DNA from: Lysobacterales bacterium
GTDB taxonomy: Bacteria > Pseudomonadota > Gammaproteobacteria > Xanthomonadales > SZUA-5
Direction: 5' to 3'
Length of the DNA stretch: 64,000 nucleotides
NCBI GenBank assembly: GCA_022844135.1
Contig: JALHMG010000005.1
Span: 91,691 to 155,690, forward strand
Position 1 is the first letter of the stretch. The number at the start of each line of letters is the position of its first letter. Below are positions 1 through 8,183 of this stretch, in pieces. The notes under the pieces are model-generated. The model saw only the letters and a program-made list of their open reading frames with translations. It searched no databases and had not been told where the DNA came from. Position numbers and translations under genes: made by a program.

Positions 1-10
1 TTCCGATTGG

Positions 11-367
11 TCAGGCGGCAGCATTTGGGGGTCGGGCACTGCGCTTGTCGCCTCCACCCATTTTGTTCGCAGCCGCCAGAGCCCACCACCCGATAACACA
101 GCCGGTCAGCACGCGGACCGGAAAGTAAATCAGCGCCGGTAACGCAAATATCCACGATACAACGTTGCCCGGCAGAACGAACTTCGCAACGTCTTTGACC
201 CAAAGCAGGACTGGCAAGTGCTGCTCCAGCAGCGGACCAACCGCTATTCCCGTGTTGATCCATCCAGCAGCACCAACGATCCAAAGCGCATAGAGCGCAA
301 TCAGGCCGTCGCCTACGCTGCCGACAACAGAAAGCCAACCGAAGATTAGCAGGAAGCGCCGCATCAA
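11..367 (-). CDS. small integral membrane protein, unknown function
   Basis: 118-aa ORF with several hydrophobic helices. No motif recognised. It is the only sizeable ORF here. Confidence 0.45.
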   Translation of the reverse strand: MMRRFLLIFGWLSVVGSVGDGLIALYALWIVGAAGWINTGIAVGPLLEQHLPVLLWVKDVAKFVLPGNVVSWIFALPALIYFPVRVLTGCVIGWWALAAANKMGGGDKRSARPPNAAA

Positions 368-450
368 CTTTCTCCAGACGATAACGAAAGACTGTTCTGC
401 AGCGAGTAGAAATGGAGAAAAGCCATGGGGACGATGGCCTCGCGCAACAC

Positions 451-1833
451 CTACATCAACGGCGGCAAGCGCACCTCAAACGACGCCCCGCCCAACGACT
501 CCGATCGCGACACGATCATTTCGCCGTCGTAGCTGGCGACGATATCGCCGATGATGGACAGGCCGATGCCGTGCCCCTGCACGCGCTCGTCGCCGCGGAC
601 GCCGCGTTTCAGCACCTCGGAGGTTTGATCGTCCGGGATGCCGGGGCCATCGTCTTCGACGCGCAGAAACAAACCCGGCCGGCGCGCTTTGGGATTCCTG
701 ATCGGTTGTGCGGTGAGCAGCACGCGCGATTTGCACCACTTGAAGGCGTTGTCCATCAGGTTGCCCACCAGCTCCATGAGATCGCCCTTGTCGCCATGGA
801 ACATGGCTTTGGGGTCGATCTCGAACTCGGCAAGCGCTTGTTTGTTCGCGTACACCCGTTCCAAAGTGAGCGCGATTTCTTCGGCGTGCGGTTGCACGGG
901 CAGCGGCGCGGCATACGTCTGGTGGCCAGACTTCGCGGCACGCGCGAGCTGGTAGGCGACGATCTCATCCATCTTGGTGACTTGCTCGGTGCCGGCGTGT
1001 TTCAGCGCGGCAGCGTCGTCCTCGTTGTCGAACAAGCCGCGCATCACGGCGAGCGGGGTCTTCAAGCTATGCGCGAGATCGCCCAGTGTGTTGCGATAGC
1101 GGCGCAAGTGTTCGCGCTCGCTTTTGATGAAATCGTTCAGACCTTGCGTGAGCGTCGCCAATTCGACTGGATAGTCGCCGGTGAGTGCCTCAGATTCCCC
1201 GCGCTGCACGCTGGCGAGATCGCGCGCCACCGCCCTGAAGGGTTTCAAGCTCCAGATCAGCAGCAGCGCCTGGAAGGCCAGCAGCAACAGCCCCAAGCCG
1301 CCCAACACCACCCACATGGTTTCGCGGAACGCAGTGATCTGGCGCTTCACGCCGCTCTGGTTTTCGCCGACGTTGATGGTAACGCGCACGTCTTTGCCGC
1401 CCGCCGAGCGCGCCTCGAAGAGCACGCCCATGCTGAGCATATAAACGCCGCCGACGTTGGTTTGGATCGGCCCTTTGAAGACGATCTCGCCGGGTTTCAG
1501 CGCGTCTTCGAATGGCAACTCGCGCTCGGCGGCGCTCGGCGATTCCCAGCGGAAGTTTTCCGCGTACAGCGAGGCGTACAAACCGGAGCCCGGTCGATCG
1601 AGCCGCGGCTCGGGCACAAGTTCCGGAATCAGCACTTCGCCGCGCACCGAGATATCGGTGCGCGCGAGAAACGAATACAGCACGCTTTGCATGCGCTCGC
1701 GGAGCACCGAAAACGCCCAGCCTTCGAAGGCGCGTTCCAGCGCGTAACCGGTGAGCCCGATGAACGCCGCCAGCACCAGGCTGGCGACGAACATGCTGCG
1801 CGCGGCAAGCGAAAACGGATGCCGCGCGGCCAC
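451..1833 (-). CDS. phoQ: two-component sensor histidine kinase, PhoQ-like
   Basis: N-terminal TM helix, periplasmic segment and second TM. H-box HSLKTPLAV and G-box GHGIGLSII are present. It lies 6 nt downstream of phoP. Confidence 0.8.
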   Translation of the reverse strand: MAARHPFSLAARSMFVASLVLAAFIGLTGYALERAFEGWAFSVLRERMQSVLYSFLARTDISVRGEVLIPELVPEPRLDRPGSGLYASLYAENFRWESPSAAERELPFEDALKPGEIVFKGPIQTNVGGVYMLSMGVLFEARSAGGKDVRVTINVGENQSGVKRQITAFRETMWVVLGGLGLLLLAFQALLLIWSLKPFRAVARDLASVQRGESEALTGDYPVELATLTQGLNDFIKSEREHLRRYRNTLGDLAHSLKTPLAVMRGLFDNEDDAAALKHAGTEQVTKMDEIVAYQLARAAKSGHQTYAAPLPVQPHAEEIALTLERVYANKQALAEFEIDPKAMFHGDKGDLMELVGNLMDNAFKWCKSRVLLTAQPIRNPKARRPGLFLRVEDDGPGIPDDQTSEVLKRGVRGDERVQGHGIGLSIIGDIVASYDGEMIVSRSESLGGASFEVRLPPLM

Positions 1834-1839
1834 GGTGCG

Positions 1840-2520
1840 TTATGCAGTGCGTGGGATCGAGAACCGATAGCCGCGACCGCGCACGGTTTCGATCGGTTTC
1901 AGCGCGCCGTCGGGATCGAGCTTCTTGCGCAGCCGACCGATGAAGACTTCGATCACATTGCTGTCGCGATCGAAATCCTGCTCGTAGATGTGCTCGGTCA
2001 AATCGCTCTTCGACACCAGCTCGCCAGCGTGCAGGATCAGGTACTCGAGCACCTTGTATTCATAGCTCGTCAGATCCACCGAAACATCGTTGACGGTGAC
2101 CGACTGCGCAGTGGTATCGAGTTTGACCGGCCCGCATTCGAGCAGCGGCTTGCTCCACCCGGCGCTGCGGCGCACCAGCGCGTTCATGCGCGCCAGCAGC
2201 TCCTCGATATGAAAGGGCTTGACCAGGTAATCGTCGGCGCCGCACTTCAGGCCTTCGACCTTGTCTTCCCAACTGCCGCGCGCGGTGAGGATCAGGATCG
2301 GATAGCGCCGACCGTACTCGCGCAATTTCTTCACCACCTCCAGCCCCGGCAACTTCGGCAGGCCGAGATCGACGATGGCAACATCGAAGGGCACTTCCTT
2401 GCCCATGTATACGGCTTCGTCGCCATCGCAGGCGGTGTCGACCGCGAAGCCTTCGCGCTGCAGGCGCGCAGCCAGGGTCTCGCGCAACGGGGCTTCGTCT
2501 TCGACCAGCAGAACTCGCAT
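1840..2520 (-). CDS. phoP: OmpR-family response regulator PhoP
   Basis: REC domain (VAIVDLGLP, ILILTAR, DYLVKPF) plus winged-helix C-terminus (VRGRGYRF). Near-colinear with Xanthomonas PhoP as I remember it. Confidence 0.9.
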   Translation of the reverse strand: MRVLLVEDEAPLRETLAARLQREGFAVDTACDGDEAVYMGKEVPFDVAIVDLGLPKLPGLEVVKKLREYGRRYPILILTARGSWEDKVEGLKCGADDYLVKPFHIEELLARMNALVRRSAGWSKPLLECGPVKLDTTAQSVTVNDVSVDLTSYEYKVLEYLILHAGELVSKSDLTEHIYEQDFDRDSNVIEVFIGRLRKKLDPDGALKPIETVRGRGYRFSIPRTA

Positions 2521-2530
2521 CGCTCACTCC

Positions 2531-2749
2531 TTACGCCGGGATTTGGAATATACGAACGCGACCATCAGGCATCAGCACCTTGATGCGATATACCACCGTA
2601 CCACGGGTACGGATGGTATCGGCGGACAACACCGTGCCCTTGGTGTCCTTTTCGACTTGCTCGATGGCCTCTTTCAAGGTCAACGCCCACGCAGGATCTG
2701 CGAGGAGGAGAGAAGCCGCGAATACTGCCAGGGACAAAGTACGGGTCAT
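2531..2749 (-). CDS. small secreted PepSY-domain protein
   Basis: Signal peptide MTRTLSLAVFAASLLLA followed by a PepSY-like core (LKEAIEQVEKDTKGTVLSAD...YRIKVLMPDGRV). Start set at the internal ATG 2749. The ORF upstream of that runs into the repeat region. Confidence 0.6.
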   Translation of the reverse strand: MTRTLSLAVFAASLLLADPAWALTLKEAIEQVEKDTKGTVLSADTIRTRGTVVYRIKVLMPDGRVRIFQIPA

Positions 2750-2843
2750 CGAAACCTTTATCGCATCCAATGCCTCGATCATAGTCGCGGCGCGGCGCGC
2801 ATGTTCGCAAGCTGCGACGCAGCGAAAGCTGAACGGGATGCGA

Positions 2844-2878
2844 GGGGCGGGGTACGGGGCACGGGGCACGGGGCGTGG
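2844..2878. repeat. degenerate GGGGCAC heptamer array (left arm of an inverted pair)
   Basis: Five GGGG tracts at 2844, 2849, 2856, 2863 and 2870: gaGGGGcGGGGtacGGGGcacGGGGcacGGGGcgtgg. Confidence 0.85.
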
Positions 2879-2963
2879 AGCCGATGCCGAGTGTCGAATG
2901 AGGAGTTTTTGGCCGGGCTCTGCCAGAAATCAAGTATCGTTCCAGGCCGGATATTCACCCGTT

Positions 2964-2999
2964 CCCCGTGCCCCGCGCCCCTTCATGCCCCTGATCCCC
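2964..2999. repeat. degenerate GTGCCCC heptamer array (right arm, inverted relative to 2844-2878)
   Basis: ccccgtgccccgcgcccc is the reverse complement of ggggcgcggggcacgggg, which has 1 mismatch to the left arm. Further CCCC tracts run into the first codons of the GNAT gene. Confidence 0.8.
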
Positions 3000-3497
3000 G
3001 CCACTCCCGCCGATGCACCTGCCCTGTCGATTCTGATGGAGCAGACTTTTCGCGCCGCGTATGGCGATGCTGCAAGCGAGGACAAACTAAAAATTCACGT
3101 TGCTCGCAGCTATGACCCGCAGGCGATTGCGCAGCGCCTGCGCTCGGGCGAGATCGGCATTTGGTATGCGCCCGGTGCTACGGATGCCGCGAGCGACGCG
3201 ATTGGCTACGTGCAATTGGGGTTCAATGTCTCGCCGCCGGCCGCATCGGGGCCGGCCATCGAAGTGCAGCGCTGCTATCTGCAGCCTGAAGCGATTGGCT
3301 CTGGCGCCGGCGCGTGGTTGATTGACATGGCCAAGCAGCAGGCGCAGGCGCGTGGCGTGGGTTTGTTTCTGTCGGTTTATCAGCTCGCGCCGCGGGCCAT
3401 TCGGTTCTACGAGAAACACGGCCTGCGCCGCGCGGCGGCTGTGAAGTACTACATCGCTGATGTGGAATTCGACGACTGGTTGATGGTTTGGCCATAG
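2985..3497 (+). CDS. GNAT-family N-acetyltransferase
   Basis: 170 aa. Acetyl-CoA pocket-like QPEAIGSGAGAWLI and C-terminal FYEKHGL motif. Start at ATG 2985 (MPLIPATP), in frame with the listed ORF. Confidence 0.7.
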   Translation: MPLIPATPADAPALSILMEQTFRAAYGDAASEDKLKIHVARSYDPQAIAQRLRSGEIGIWYAPGATDAASDAIGYVQLGFNVSPPAASGPAIEVQRCYLQPEAIGSGAGAWLIDMAKQQAQARGVGLFLSVYQLAPRAIRFYEKHGLRRAAAVKYYIADVEFDDWLMVWP

Positions 3498-4738
3498 GCC
3501 GCGCCAGCCAAAACGGCGGCGATCAACGTCAAGGTTCGCGGCACAGCGCCGCGCTCACGCTCGACGACGCCCAACGCGGCTGCAGACAGACGCTCAGCCA
3601 AGGCCGGGTCGCTCAGCACGCGGATCAACTGGGTGCCAAGCTGTGCGCCGTTTTGCACGCGGATCAAGGCTTGGTCGCGCAGCATGGTTTCGCAGACTTC
3701 GGCGAAGTTGAAGGTGTGCGGACCGGTCAGCACTGGTTTGCCGAGCGCAGCGGGCTCCAGAACGTTGTGACCGCCGATCGCATCCAGGCTGCCGCCGACG
3801 AAGGCCGCGTCGCTGCAGGCGAAAAACTTGAGCAGCTCACCCATGGTATCGACCACGAAACACTGCGAATCGCCGCCTGCAAGCGTGTCCTCGCTTCGGG
3901 AGGCGGTGCGAAAGCCGAACGATCGGCACAGACCGATCGCTGCTCGAAAGCGCTCCGGATGCCGCGGCACCAAGATCAGCAGCGCGTCGGGAAAGCGCCC
4001 GAGCACACGCGCATGCGCTTGCAATACGGCGGCCTCCTCGCCTTCGTGCGTGCTCGCCGCGATCCAAACGGGCCGCAGTGCACCCCAGTGCTCGCGAAAT
4101 CCGGCGGCCTCGGCGTCAAGGCCAGTCGGCACCGCCATATCGAATTTGATGTTGCCGACCACCTGTAACCTGTCCTCGGTCACGCCCAGGCGTCGAAAGC
4201 GTTCGGCATCGCCGTGCGACTGCGCGGCGACCAGATCCGCGCACTGCACCGCCTCGCGCATCAGCGCGATCGCCGGACCGTAACCGCGCAAACTACGTTC
4301 CGACAATCGCGCGTTGGCAATGAAGATCGGAATGCCAGAGCTCTTGCACGCGAAATACAGGTTCGGCCAGATCTCGGTTTCCATGACCACCGCAATGCGC
4401 GGTCTGACGCGCGCCATGAAGCGCTTGATCGCGCTCGGCAGGTCGTAAGGCAGGTACACATGGAACACCCGCGATCCCAGGCGCTTGACGACGCGCTCCG
4501 AACCGGTGGGCGTGATCGTCGTAACGACCATGGTGTCATTCGGATGCGCGGCCAACAACGCCTCGATGAGCGGCATAGCGGCATTGAACTCGCCCACCGA
4601 CACTGCGTGCACCCATATCGAGGAGCGAATATGCGCGTCGAACCAGCCGAAGCGTTCCAGCCAGCGCTTGAAGTAGCCGCGATTGCGCAGGCCGCGGAAC
4701 GCCAGGCGATACAAGATCACCGGCATCGCCAGATACAT
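3449..4738 (-). CDS. waaA: 3-deoxy-D-manno-octulosonic acid (Kdo) transferase
   Basis: Colinear with E. coli WaaA (HAVSVGE, TTITPTGSERV, YLPYDLP, ETEIWPN, ANARLSERS, STHEGEE, LVPRHPERF, GGHNVLEPAA). Start taken at ATG 4738. The alignment suggests a few more N-terminal residues and a possible non-ATG start near 4765. The remainder of the 793-aa ORF is antisense to lpxL. Confidence 0.85.
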   Translation of the reverse strand: MYLAMPVILYRLAFRGLRNRGYFKRWLERFGWFDAHIRSSIWVHAVSVGEFNAAMPLIEALLAAHPNDTMVVTTITPTGSERVVKRLGSRVFHVYLPYDLPSAIKRFMARVRPRIAVVMETEIWPNLYFACKSSGIPIFIANARLSERSLRGYGPAIALMREAVQCADLVAAQSHGDAERFRRLGVTEDRLQVVGNIKFDMAVPTGLDAEAAGFREHWGALRPVWIAASTHEGEEAAVLQAHARVLGRFPDALLILVPRHPERFRAAIGLCRSFGFRTASRSEDTLAGGDSQCFVVDTMGELLKFFACSDAAFVGGSLDAIGGHNVLEPAALGKPVLTGPHTFNFAEVCETMLRDQALIRVQNGAQLGTQLIRVLSDPALAERLSAAALGVVERERGAVPRTLTLIAAVLAGAAYGQTINQSSNSTSAM

Positions 4739-4960
4739 CGCCAGCGTATAGAGATGCCGCTTCAGCGAAACGCTCCTGAGGTTGGTGTTGAAAGATGCCC
4801 GTATGGCGTGCCTCCTGGTGCGCGAGCCTGGCGCATCCAGCCTGGCGCTTTCGAGGACCGTTAACTCTCGCCCTCGGCACGCCAAGGTTAGTGCCGACCG
4901 TCGGTCACCCGTCCGCGACAAAATGCCAGTATAGGGCGCAGCGCAATCGACCCCTTGCTT

Positions 4961-5860
4961 ATGGCGCGAGTTCGCACCGCAATGCATGCCAAGTGGCATC
5001 CCAAGAGCTGGCCGACATGGTTGGCGATGGCGATGCTGTGGCTGCTGGGTAGACTGCCGCACACTCTGGTATTGGCGAGCGGCGCCGCAATCGGCTTTGT
5101 CGCGTTGCGCCTGATGCCGCGCCGGCGGGCACTGATTGCGCGCAATATCGAGCGCTGCTTTCCCGATCTCGACAACGCCGCGCAGCGGCGATTGATCGCC
5201 GATAACGAACTCGAGAGCGGGCGCATGTTGGCGTCGTTCGCCTGGGGCTGGTTCGCCTCCGATCGCGCGATTGCCGATTTGCCAGTTCGCTTTCACGGCC
5301 TCGACGCGTTCGAGCGCCTGCGCGCTGGCGGCCGCGGTGTGCTGCTGGTGGGCGCACATTTCTCGCACCTGGAGCTGTGCGCGCGCTTGCTGACCACACG
5401 CGTACCGGTGGCCGGAATGTATCGCGAACATGGCGACCCGGCGATGGAGTGGACCGTGCGTCGCGCCCGGCTTCGATACGCCAGCGCGATGTTCCGCCGC
5501 GACGAGCTGCGCGCGGCGATCCGTCACCTCAAGCAGGGCGGCGTGCTGTGGTACGCGCCGGATCAAGCCTATCGCCGCGGCGATCACGCGATGGCGCCGT
5601 TCTTCGGCATCCCCGCACCGACGCTCACAGCGACCCACCAGCTCGCGCGCCTGACCGGCGCGGCGGTGGTCGGGTTTGCGCATCGGCGCGTCGGCGCAGG
5701 CTACGAGATCACGCTGCTGCCGGCGCTGGATGACTTTCCCTCGAACGATGTGCTGGCCGACACGACGCGCGTCAATGCTCTGCTTGAAGACATCATTCGC
5801 CGCGCGCCCGAGCAATATCTCTGGCTGCACGAGCGGTTCAAAACTCCAGGCGATCGGTGA
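4961..5860 (+). CDS. lpxL: lipid A biosynthesis lauroyl/acyl-transferase (LpxL/HtrB family)
   Basis: Colinear with E. coli LpxL (WPTWL, RNIERCFPDL, LLVGAHF, WYAPDQ, APEQYLWLHERFKT). Divergent from waaA. Confidence 0.85.
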   Translation: MARVRTAMHAKWHPKSWPTWLAMAMLWLLGRLPHTLVLASGAAIGFVALRLMPRRRALIARNIERCFPDLDNAAQRRLIADNELESGRMLASFAWGWFASDRAIADLPVRFHGLDAFERLRAGGRGVLLVGAHFSHLELCARLLTTRVPVAGMYREHGDPAMEWTVRRARLRYASAMFRRDELRAAIRHLKQGGVLWYAPDQAYRRGDHAMAPFFGIPAPTLTATHQLARLTGAAVVGFAHRRVGAGYEITLLPALDDFPSNDVLADTTRVNALLEDIIRRAPEQYLWLHERFKTPGDR

Positions 5861-5986
5861 ATGTCAAGAGACACGATCGCCGCGCATCGAATTTGACATT
5901 TCCGCCGCTTGCGCCAATGGGTGACGCGCTCCTCTCGACCCATGCATACTCGAAATCTGAATCGCTGGAGTCATGGAGAACTCAAG

Positions 5987-7276
5987 ATGTCGAACACCAT
6001 CGCCATTGTGGATTCGCGCAACGGCAAACAGGCGGATCTGCCCATCGTTTCAGGCGCGCTGGGCGATCCGGCGATCGATATCGCCAAGCTCAACAAAGAA
6101 CTGGGCCTGTTCACCTACGACCCGGGATTCGTCTCGACCTGCAGCACCAAGAGCGCGATCACCTTCATCGACGGCGATCAGGGCGTGCTCTTGTACCGCG
6201 GCTACCCGATCGACCAACTCGCGCAACATTCGAGCTTTCTTGAAGTCGCCTACTTGCTGATCCATGGCGACCTGCCGGGCCCGGCGCAGAAGACCGAGTT
6301 CGAGCACCACGTGACGCATCACACGATGATTCACGAGGGGCTGAAGCTGTTCATGAATGGCTTCCACTACAACGCCCATCCGATGGCGATGATGGTCGGC
6401 ATCGCCGGCTCGCTCGCGGCGTTCTATCACGACTCGCTGGACCCGGAAGATCCGCAGCACCGCATGATCACGGCGATCCGCCTGATCGCAAAAATGCCCA
6501 CGCTCGCCGCCGCTTGCTACAAGCACTCGGTCGGTCAGCCGTACGTTTATCCGAAGAACAATCTCGACTATTGCTCGCGCTTTCTGGACATGATGTTCGG
6601 CGTGCCGGCCGAGCCGTACGAGGTGAACCCGATCGCCGCCAAAGCGCTGGATTTGCTGTTTATCCTGCACGCCGATCATGAGCAGAATGCGTCGACATCC
6701 ACCGTGCGACTGGTGGGATCGACCGGCGCCAATCCGATCGCCTGCATCGCGGCCGGCATTGCCGCACTCTGGGGCCCCGCACACGGCGGCGCCAATGAGG
6801 CCGTGCTGAAGATGTTGAACGAGATCGGCGACAAGTCGAACGTGGCTCGCGCGGTGGAACGCGCCAAAGACAAGAACGACAACTTCCGCCTGATGGGCTT
6901 TGGCCATCGCGTCTACAAGAACTTCGATCCGCGCGCGAAGATCATTCGCGAGATGTGCCACAAGGTGCTCAACGAGTTGGGCATCCACGATCCGTTGCTC
7001 GATGTGGCAATGGCGCTCGAAGAAGTCGCGCTCAAAGACGATTATTTCGTCGAACGCAAGCTCTATCCGAACGTCGACTTCTACTCCGGCATCATCTACA
7101 AGGCGCTGAAGATTCCGGTGGAGATGTTCACCGTGATGTTCGCCATCGCCCGCACCGCCGGCTGGATCGCGCACTGGCTCGAACAGAACGCAGCTGGCGA
7201 CGTCAAGATCGGCCGCCCGCGGCAGATTTATGTAGGCCCGAAATCTCGCGATTACGTGCCGCTGGCGCAACGCTGA
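5987..7276 (+). CDS. gltA: type II citrate synthase
   Basis: [26 protein letters not shown] and [14 protein letters not shown] motifs. GGAG ribosome-binding site (RBS) 8 nt before ATG 5987. Confidence 0.95.
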   Translation: MSNTIAIVDSRNGKQADLPIVSGALGDPAIDIAKLNKELGLFTYDPGFVSTCSTKSAITFIDGDQGVLLYRGYPIDQLAQHSSFLEVAYLLIHGDLPGPAQKTEFEHHVTHHTMIHEGLKLFMNGFHYNAHPMAMMVGIAGSLAAFYHDSLDPEDPQHRMITAIRLIAKMPTLAAACYKHSVGQPYVYPKNNLDYCSRFLDMMFGVPAEPYEVNPIAAKALDLLFILHADHEQNASTSTVRLVGSTGANPIACIAAGIAALWGPAHGGANEAVLKMLNEIGDKSNVARAVERAKDKNDNFRLMGFGHRVYKNFDPRAKIIREMCHKVLNELGIHDPLLDVAMALEEVALKDDYFVERKLYPNVDFYSGIIYKALKIPVEMFTVMFAIARTAGWIAHWLEQNAAGDVKIGRPRQIYVGPKSRDYVPLAQR

Positions 7277-7282
7277 GCAACC

Positions 7283-7342
7283 GCGAGCCGCATTGTGCGG
7301 CTCGCTCGCGCACGCGGGCTTAGCCGCGTGCGGCTTCTTTTT
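7283..7342 (+). terminator. tandem hairpins after gltA; the second is a rho-independent terminator
   Basis: Hairpin 1: gcgagccgca/ttg/tgcggctcgc (7283-7305). Hairpin 2: cgcacgcgg/gcttag/ccgcgtgcg (7309-7332), followed by gcttcttttt. Confidence 0.65.
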
Positions 7343-7381
7343 AAAGGCTGAAGCCTGGCCAGTGCTAGGCGCGCGTGACCG

Positions 7382-7792
7382 CTATACGGTCTGTACGATC
7401 AGTTCGACGCCGGGCAATCGCGACGCTTGCACATCGAAGGTCGCGAAGCGGCTGCGTCCCAAATGCGCGGCCCTCGCGCTCAGCAGGCAGTCGGCGAAAT
7501 CGGCAGTTGGATGCTGGTTCCACACATAAAGCGCTTGCTCGACGCTGGGCGGATGCTCGATCACTACGTCAGCGCTCTCCAGCAGCGCGGCGATCGCCGC
7601 TGCGATACTGGCCTTGTCGAGTTTGTAACGACTGCGCAGCACCCATTCGGTTTCGAGCAACACACCGAGGACAATCAGCACCGGTTGATCATCGGCTTGA
7701 GCCTGATCGATCAGGCGCCGCGCCGCTTCGTACTGCGGCTCGTCGTCGCGGACCAGCAATCGAACCAAGACGTTGGTGTCAATCGCGATCAT
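7382..7792 (-). CDS. vapC: PIN-domain ribonuclease toxin (VapC family)
   Basis: MIAIDTNVLV start with the acidic residues expected of PIN (D5, E in LETEWV, D in FADCL). 136 aa. Confidence 0.8.
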   Translation of the reverse strand: MIAIDTNVLVRLLVRDDEPQYEAARRLIDQAQADDQPVLIVLGVLLETEWVLRSRYKLDKASIAAAIAALLESADVVIEHPPSVEQALYVWNQHPTADFADCLLSARAAHLGRSRFATFDVQASRLPGVELIVQTV

Positions 7793-7829
7793 TGCTCAGC
7801 CCTCAGTCGGCGAAGCGCCAGACGACCCG

Positions 7830-8090
7830 CTAAGTTCGAACTCGTCGCTTCGATGCCTTGGTCGCTGGAGTTCGAAACGGATTCATCTCCTCAAGCGCCA
7901 CGCTCGGCTGACCAGGTCGCGTCAGCGAACCGGCAAGATCAGCCAGCCGGCGCGTCTTGGGGCGCATCACAACAGTGCCATCGCTGAGCAGCGTGAACAC
8001 CATCTTGTCGCCAGACTTCATCCCGAGCTGCTCGCGAATATCGCGCGGTACAGTGATCTGACCTTTAGAAGTCAGGGTTGTCGGCTCCAC
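7830..8090 (-). CDS. AbrB/SpoVT/MazE-fold antitoxin
   Basis: TLTSKGQITVPRDIREQLGMKSGDKMVF is a typical swapped-hairpin AbrB motif. Start placed at GTG 8090. An ATG at 8171 would add 27 unrelated residues and would overlap the palindrome. Confidence 0.65.
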   Translation of the reverse strand: MEPTTLTSKGQITVPRDIREQLGMKSGDKMVFTLLSDGTVVMRPKTRRLADLAGSLTRPGQPSVALEEMNPFRTPATKASKRRVRT

Positions 8091-8105
8091 GGGCCAGTCC
8101 CAAGT

Positions 8106-8128
8106 ATTACGAATGGCCAAATCGTAAT
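8106..8128. promoter_or_regulatory. palindrome upstream of the antitoxin gene, candidate autoregulatory operator
   Basis: attacga-N9-tcgtaat is a perfect 7-bp inverted repeat 16 nt upstream of the GTG start on the minus strand. Confidence 0.3.
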
Positions 8129-8183
8129 GCGGGGCGCAAGCTCGGTCAAGCACATCCCAACAGCCGATCAAGCCGCCTGAGCC

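Noticed and set aside
412-2583. 723-aa plus-strand ORF
   Set aside because: It is antisense to phoQ and phoP, which have clear kinase and receiver motifs. The ORF itself has no motifs and a biased Arg/Ala/His composition.
2844-2999. Heptamer arrays considered as a CRISPR array or minisatellite-type contingency locus
   Set aside because: The units are only 7 nt with no spacers, so this is not CRISPR. Almost all of the arrays are intergenic (only the last CCCC tracts of this copy touch the first GNAT codons), and 7 is not a multiple of 3. Classic phase-variable frame switching of a coding region is therefore not evident, apart from the small 3' overlap at 23538-23559.
4739-5830. N-terminal 360 residues of the 793-aa ORF 3449-5830
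   Set aside because: Similarity to WaaA begins only near residue 365. The upstream part is antisense to lpxL and has no features, so the gene was trimmed to 3449-4738.
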